A DNA stretch of 64,000 nt from assembly GCA_030141605.1 (NCBI GenBank), contig JAQGDQ010000104.1, positions 62,001 through 126,000 of the forward strand. Reading direction: 5' to 3'. Both the position numbers and the translations under genes were made by a program. The notes under the pieces are model-generated. The model did no database searches and was not told where the DNA came from. It saw only the letters and a program-made list of their open reading frames with translations. Below are positions 56,958 through 64,000 of the stretch, piece by piece (position 1 is the stretch's first letter; each line of letters opens with the position of its first letter). The stretch is from Tubiluchus corallicola. Lineage: Eukaryota; Animalia; Priapulida.

Positions 56958-58403
56958 CCAATAGCTCCTTATAAGACGGGCAGTTTCACGAATTCTTAAA
57001 CAGGTATAATACATCCAGACACCCAAACATTTTGTACCTTATCATATGCTTATTTCGCCACGGTCTCTTGGACTATTAGATTTCTTTGGCTGTCATAACA
57101 ATTGAAACAAACTACATTTTAAGACGAAAAAGCTAAAAGTGAGTTACTAATTTCACGTTTTCTCTATCCTACTTCTGTGTTACTATATTAGACTATATGT
57201 GTACAATATTAGGCCCTCATTCTACTCTTTTGCACTAAAAATGTGAGTAATTCATTTTCAGTAGGCATTCTGCTCAGTAGCATGGCTGTCAAAAATGCAA
57301 ATACTGAATGAAGTCATGAATATAGTTTGAACTAGTACCTTATAGTACTGATGCCGAATCTATGTTTCGTTCTACGAATTTTTGGTAGAAGAAATTTAGA
57401 GACTATTATAGCTTAACCAGAAAAAAATCACTAATATACATTCAGTCACGCACGCCTGTGGAAACGTTTATTTTAGTCTTAATCACTTATTTAGTCTATA
57501 TTTATTTACTGTACATTTCCACGTTTTCCATAATATCATACATTATATGACACACTTAGCCTGAAGTAGTGCTGATTTGCCACTAACATAGCTGCGTCTA
57601 GTTTTTGCTGGATTACTGTTGTTTTACCTGTTTTGAGAGCAGATTTCTTACAGTCTAGAATTTCTGCTAACCCAGTGTTTACAATAGACGTAATATGATG
57701 ATGATAATGACAAACTGCAATTTCTGTGTGACGTCAAAAAAACTGCAAATGTAACGAGATTCTGTCATTCTGAGAACATCTCAAGACATTGAAAATTATA
57801 GATGAAATAAACAAGTCTCTAGTACTTAAACTTAAATTCACTTCGGATCTACATAACCGTCTCGTAGACTTCTTCGCGAAAATGCAATTAATTCAGTAAA
57901 CGCAACTTTGGGTTACGATTGTATATCGTTTCGGCAGTTATCTTTTCGCCAATTTACTTTTTCGCCAGTCTACTTTTTTGAGTTATTCCAAAAAGTAGCG
58001 TATCTCGGAACTAAACATCACAGAACGAACATAACAGCAGATTCTGAATGTTAAATTTTCGACCGGACATCCTTTTTTGGCTAAACAAAACTGGACTCGC
58101 GATTTTGGAGCAGTGCATCAGTTTCTTTATTTTATTGCGAATCCAATGATATATGGCACGCCTCTGTGGGGTTAATATCTTCCATTCACAAAGCATTTAA
58201 ATGAAACCATGTCGATACCTAATATATTGGACTGAATTCGACCCAGGGGGTCGAACTCCAAGATGGCATGGCGGTCCTGATATTTCGCATCATGAAGATC
58301 CATTTTATAATCGTTGTGCAACCAATACTTAATTACAAATGTTAATGTTAATTAGCTAAATTAATGTCGGCAAACTAGTACCTTATACCTGTTATAAGGT
58401 ACC

Positions 58404-58756
58404 TGTTAGCGTGTCATCCAACTCTCATAAAAGAAAATACACAAAAACTACACTGTACGGAGTTTATTAACAGCACTACTAAAATTAAGGAACCAAAAAT
58501 ACATGTGCACAAAAATAACTAACTAACTCTACACTAGTAACAGCACTACACCCGAGGAGCACCTGTGTCAGAAATCGAGGCCGTAGTGACCTCTACGCGC
58601 TTTTATACTGGCATTCCAGGTCAGCTGGCTTCTCACACCACGTGTAGGCCCAAACGAGACGTCTGGACCTACAAGAAAGGGGTGAGTCGCTGCTGACGTG
58701 GAAGCAGGGCGTGTAGAGGGCCCTACACCTGACTCGACACAGGTGCCTCCGTAACA
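58404..58756 (-). mobile_element. Probable solo LTR
   Basis: TGTTA...TAACA termini; minus-strand TATAAAAG followed downstream by AATAAA; GC-rich U3-like part. No convincing TSD. Confidence 0.45.
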
Positions 58757-58815
58757 TTATCAATGGTTACCTATACATACAGGTAAGTTAAGTTTCCATT
58801 GTTAATCAATATTAT

Positions 58816-59047
58816 ACTGGCGAAAAGATAGACTGGCGAAAAAGAGGACTGGCAAAAACGTAGACTGGTGAAAAATTAGACTGGCGAAAAAGTGGATTGG
58901 CGAAAAAGTCGAGTGACGAAAAAGTAGACTGGCGAAAAAGTAGACTGGCGAAAAAAAGACTGGCGAAACAGAAAACTGGCGAAAAAGTAGACTGGTGAAA
59001 AAGTAAACTGACGAAAAAGTAGACTGGCGAAAAAGTAGACTGGCGAG
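58816..59047. repeat. ~16-bp tandem array (ACTGGCGAAAAAGTAG)n
   Basis: About 14 degenerate copies; inverted copies at ~57943-57978 and related units at 53689-53775. Confidence 0.85.
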
Positions 59048-60593
59048 ATTGAGATATAAATATAACAACAATCGAAATGTGTAATGCTAAAAGTGCAATT
59101 TCGCATGTAAGACAGATTGTGTTTACAATGTGCTTACAATGTGACCAATGAGCAGAATTATTATGTATTTTTTGCGAAAGATATTGTGAATGCAATCGAG
59201 CGTAAACATTTTGAATTTTTGAACAGAAATGAACTTAATCTGATACTAGATCGAATATGTCAAAATTAATTCATGTATTTTTTACTGTAGTCTCCTTGAC
59301 TAACTGCTGTATTATTTATTGTCCGTTTTTTTTGTTTAAATTGTTATAATGTGTAAATATTGCTACTTTTTTATGTTACTAAAAAATTGAAAATCGTACT
59401 GCAATTCGAAATAAATAGTAATAATAACAGTAATAATAATTAGGTATAAAAGCAGTAAGACTTTATTGAATAATTTTGATATTGTTTCGTCGTTTACCTA
59501 TTTCATCAGAGAATTAATTTGGACTTAGCCACATACGAAAATTGTTGTCGTCAATTTTCAGTAAGATGCAATTATTTGTGACGTTTTGCAACCTTTAATG
59601 GTTTTAAGTAATGTTGTGTTGTTTCATTTTTTAAATTTTTTTTGTCAAAGCGTTCAAATTCTAAAATCGCATTAGCAGGCGTAAACATTATTTCTTGTAA
59701 TGCTCCTTAACTCTTAACATTTGTTTTTGCGACGCGCATCACCCAATGTCATATCTTAGCTTTGCAGAAATTAATTATATAAAATTATATATATATATCT
59801 GCGTCCAGTTTGTATAAAATTTTGGCTAGTTGAGACAATTCCCTGTCTGATCTTCTCCTAGTACTTAGGATACGATTTCTGTATTAAACCGTATAATTCA
59901 GTATTTTATATTCATTGCTTTTATGATCTGTCTTGAGTTAAAGTTTTTCTGCATATGTAGCATTGATAGTTATTAAAGAATAGCGTCAGTTATTTGGGAA
60001 TTTATTTACAAATAACAACAGAATCCATGGTAAAGTTGCTAAAAAGTGCGGTTCCTTTTCTAAAGGAAATTTTCTGCAACGATTTTTCTGCTCAAAGTTT
60101 GTTGAACAATGGGGTTTAACTCATTGTGAATTTAGCTGTTAATGGTTTGGCGGGCGTTAGTCTAGATCACTGATAAACAAACAACCATTTGTTTGGTAGA
60201 ACAAAATCTAAGAAGTGTAAACTTTTTTCTAATGATCTTACTTCATTAAGAATACAGTCATGTGCAGGCTTCGGTTTTACTGAGAACTTAACACTTCTCG
60301 GTATACAACTTTTGTATACCTCACCATGGGCGTTTTCCTTTAGACATTAGATTTTAAGACAGGTTAATGTGCTCATACATGCGTGCGTGTGTGTGTGTGT
60401 TTGTGTGTTTGGCTGCTTGTGCGTGCGTGTGTGTGTGTGTGTTTGTGTGTTTGGCTGCTTGTGCGTGCGTGTGTGTGTGTGTTTGTGTGTTTGGCTGCTT
60501 GTGCGTGCGTGTGTGTGAGAGAGAGCGTGCACGCGTGCACGTGTATGTTCTCCATGTTTCATTAAATTGTATTATCCTATTTTTGTCCCATAG

Positions 60594-60666
60594 ATTTGAG
60601 GGCGACAAACCTCCAGACATAAGGGAATCATTCGACCTTCGCTTGAATTATGCTACCTCGGCATTG
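60594..60666 (+). CDS. 2OG-Fe(II) dioxygenase, exon 3
   Basis: Acceptor CCCATAG|A completes the phase-2 codon; FEGDKPPDIRESFDLRLNYATSAL carries the D.kE.F motif; donor TTG|GTAAGA. Confidence 0.85.
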
Positions 60667-61061
60667 GTAAGAAATCTCCTCGCCATTTAGATCGCATGAA
60701 TAAACATATTATTGTCTGGGTTATTTCAATTCAATAGCGTCCTGTTGTCGTCATCGTTGTCGTCGATGTTGCTGCAGCTCTTACTGGTGCTATTTCTATT
60801 ACTGTTGCTGTTACTATTATTGATGTTGTTGCAAACGTTGTCGTTATTGTTGCTAGTTGGTGGTGTTACTAGATGGATCTCAATAAAATTTTGTAGATAG
60901 GTGAGTGTTTGCAAGACCAAAAAGAGGCAACTTCGGAACTCATAAATTGAAAATTAGGCTAAAAGATCAATTTTATTGAAGAACAATGGAAATTTGTTCC
61001 AATAAAGGCGTGTTTCATGGAATGAAATCAAAGCAACTATAAAGTGACCTTTAACCATAAC

Positions 61062-61471
61062 TGTGAAAGTTATTTATGTAGTTGAAATTGAACACTTGTA
61101 GAAAACAACTAAACACAAGATTACATGTTTGCACAAAAACTGAAACACTTTTATTGCACTAAATACACAGTAAAATGCACAAGTAAAATGAAGATCACAA
61201 CTGCTGCACAGCACTGAGTGTGTGACAGAGAGACAGTGTGTCCCGTGAGTTGCACGACTGCACTGCCTGAGACACAGAGAGCCTAGCAGCGAAATCTAGC
61301 CAGTTTATATAGGTAGAGAAGTATGCAAGAACTTGGCTTCACATATCCCATTACAGTGAAAATAGGGGAGATCCAGTGAGTTTGCATGCAAAGGGTGAGT
61401 TGAACTAGTAAATGTTAAAGTGACTAATCAATAGATGGCAGCACCTAAAATATACAGTTACAACTTTCACA
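61062..61471 (-). mobile_element. Solo LTR (410 bp) with 5-bp TSD
   Basis: Termini TGTGAAAGTT...AACTTTCACA (10-bp inverted, TG..CA); TSD ATAAC at 61057-61061 and 61472-61476; minus-strand TATATAAA (~61305) upstream of AATAAA (~61150). Confidence 0.85.
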
Positions 61472-62560
61472 ATAACTCTATGTCTTTAACTCATTGTAAT
61501 GCATCGTACTCTAGAGAATGTTTTTGCAGTAAATACTAAAAAAGATATTTGCTGTGTTTTTCAACAACTGCAAAATAAGAATAGTTTGATTTTGTTTCGA
61601 ATTATTATTTTATGTATGAGTATGATTCCTTGTGTCCGATTTTTGGCTCCCGTGGGATTGGTATACTAATATTAAGTTTTTGGGCAAAAAGTTATTGACT
61701 ATCGCACTCTCAGTCCGAAAAAGCTGGGTGCCATTTTTTGGGACCATTTTGACGGGTGTTTTGGGGTGCCGTTTTGAATCGAGTCCGGATCAGTGGAAAT
61801 GCCCCATTATTGGCGATATATATACTTGCATGTGATTTTATGTGTATATATATATATAGCCAGTAATAGGGCGTTTCCCTGATCCGGATCCGATTCAAAA
61901 TGGTCACCCAAATGTCTTTAACGTGTTCGAAAAATATGGTGCCCACTTCTTTTGGTTTGACGGGTCATGTTCTTTAACTTTCAACAAAAAACATTAATTT
62001 TAGCCTCAAAATTCACATGGTGACACAAGGAGCCATATTATTACCACATTAGAGCAAAATAACAAAAATTCAGGCAATCCTGTCCATTGAGCAAAATCAT
62101 CGTCATAATTCTAAACTTGTGTGAGCTACAAAGCCAAACTAGTCAAAGGAAAAACATTATTGCTGCAAGAGAGTTATAAATGGTACATCCGTGTCTGAGA
62201 ACTAGGTAATGAACACACACATTCAACAACTGACGAAAAATAGTGATTACTGCGAGCCTTGGGGTCGAACCGAGTAACAACATTCCATTAGGCATAATTA
62301 AGAAGTTTTCAAAGTTCTTCTTTCATTGCTGGCGTGCTGTAAATGACCAATTCTACAGAATCCTTATATATTTAGCCAAAATATATGCCTAAAATACCTA
62401 TACGTGTAAAACCTATGGAACGTTTCACTGAATATTAAGAATTATTTAAGCCAAACCAGCATCTGCTAGGTCACAAAAAACGTTTAAACTAAAAAACGTG
62501 CGGAAAATGCATAATTATTATAGATTCATGGTCTCATGAAAAAAAAAAAATATATATATA

Positions 62561-62846
62561 TATACTATACTATACTATACTATGCTATACTATGCTATGC
62601 TATGCTATGCTATGCTATGCTATGCTATGCTATGCTATGCTATGCTATGCTATGCTATGCTATGCTATGCTATGCTATGCTATGCTATGCTATGCTATAC
62701 TATACTATACTATACTATACTATACTATACTATACTATACTATACTATACTATACTATACTATACTATACTATACTATACTATACTATACTATACTATAC
62801 TATACTATACTATACTATACTATACTATACTATACTATACTATACT
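62561..62846. repeat. (TATAC)n/(TATGC)n pentanucleotide microsatellite
   Basis: Directly visible. Confidence 0.95.
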
Positions 62847-62948
62847 AGTAAGTATAGTTGATAAGTATTGTTTAGTATACTACGTATTATATCTTGGCAA
62901 ATTTCTACTGGTATAAAGTGCTTGTAGGCGTATTATTAATTTTTCTAG

Positions 62949-63065
62949 AAATTTCCAGAAGCAGAAGTTCCAGAACTGAAAACAGCTATAGACAAGTTTT
63001 GTGATAAGTGTAAGAAAGTTAGCAATCGAATCCTGGAGCTTCTAGGTGTTGGCTTAAACCTGAAT
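62949..63065 (+). CDS. 2OG-Fe(II) dioxygenase, exon 4 (gene continues beyond the window)
   Basis: Acceptor TTTTCTAG|AAA; KFPEAEVPELKTAIDKFCDKCKKVSNRILELLGVGLNLN, typical of the helix preceding the catalytic domain; phase-0 donor AAT|GTAAGC. Confidence 0.85.
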
Positions 63066-64000
63066 GTAAGCGCACATTTTCATTTTGTTTCTAAACCCAA
63101 AAAATTTACCTAAAAATTCAGGTTTTTCTTGCAATGTATATAAACTTTCGTTTATTTCCAGATTTTAAATGAACGTTATTGATCAAAACGTCAGGTGGAC
63201 ACAAATAAATAAGCCCTTCTTAAATGCTAGAGCATTTTTGTGCAATTTGTATATAAATTTAAAAGGGCAAACTAGAAAGATTTAGGCTCTTACCCACTAA
63301 TTTTTACAAACAAACTACAAAAAAAACATTTTATGCTTGGTATTATCATCAAGCTCTGGAAAAATAACAACTCCAAATTAGTATCATTGCATTGACTTTA
63401 TGGAAGCGTTCATTCATTCATTTCAACCATTTCCTGATTTATTAATTTTATTTTTTCAGCTATCTAAATTTTAAAAAAATGTGCTGTTCACAGAAAAGGG
63501 AAAAATGCTTACTAAACACATCAGGATTTTCAAAGACAAGCGAAGGAGATTGCCGATAAGAAATGATCAAGGTCAAACATTGGTAAATTCTAAAAAAAAT
63601 CATAGCGCTGACTTTGATTTATTCTAAAAAGAACTAAATCTGAAAAAATAAAATAAAATTAGTAAATGAATGAAATGAATAAAATAAAATTAACGCGTCT
63701 GTAAACACAACCTAATGTTCCATGGCATGTTAAATAGAGCTTACTTTATTGTGTCCACCCTGTAGTATGAAACTTTGTAAGTTTGTTGCAGACTATGAGC
63801 CCAGAGAACAATTTTCTGTACGAGCTAGATTTGCTGCACTAATTAATAATTAATTCTGTTATTTAAACAGATTCTTGGTGGCGCAGAATTTGGCACAGAC
63901 ACAAGACTTTTCAGCTGAGCTCTTCCGTGTCTACTTCTGCAATTGTGTCAAAATGTTAGGTAAAAGCATAAAACTAAAATTGTGCTGAAGGCAGCCATGT

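Noticed and set aside
63871-63959. Possible dioxygenase exon 5 after TTTAAACAG
   Set aside because: The phase-0 frame hits TGA after 15 codons and shows no family similarity.

Overview
This is an AT-rich, microsatellite- and transposon-laden animal (most likely invertebrate bilaterian) genomic window. The species cannot be determined from the sequence. It holds four protein-coding genes. (1) and (2) are two-exon Msx/msh homeobox paralogues arranged tail-to-tail about 24 kb apart: MsxA on + (join 6077..6446, 8756..9165; 259 aa) and MsxB on - (join 36721..36343, 33932..33514; 265 aa). (3) is the first four exons of a 2-oxoglutarate/Fe(II) dioxygenase of the IPNS/DIOX_N type on + (45447..63065, continuing beyond the window). 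(4) is a rhodopsin-class GPCR with an intronless CDS, nested antisense in the dioxygenase's second intron (50785..51774). The most striking feature is the mosaic similarity of the Msx pair. Two coding tracts (191 nt starting at the ATG; 277 nt starting at the exon-2 acceptor) are about 97-98% identical, silent sites included. Adjacent coding sequence is strongly diverged and introns/UTRs are unalignable, which points to ongoing gene conversion between old inverted duplicates. The two genes also keep a collinear promoter, in which a CRE palindrome in one copy corresponds to a CACGTG E-box palindrome in the other. Both proteins carry two eh1 repressor motifs. Mobile DNA includes a 5S rRNA-headed SINE, a tRNA-headed SINE, RTE/RTEX/L2/CR1-type LINE remnants, a hAT MITE with an 8-bp TSD, a solo LTR with a 5-bp TSD, several foldback elements and an AT-rich palindrome. 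All alignments and counts were done by eye.
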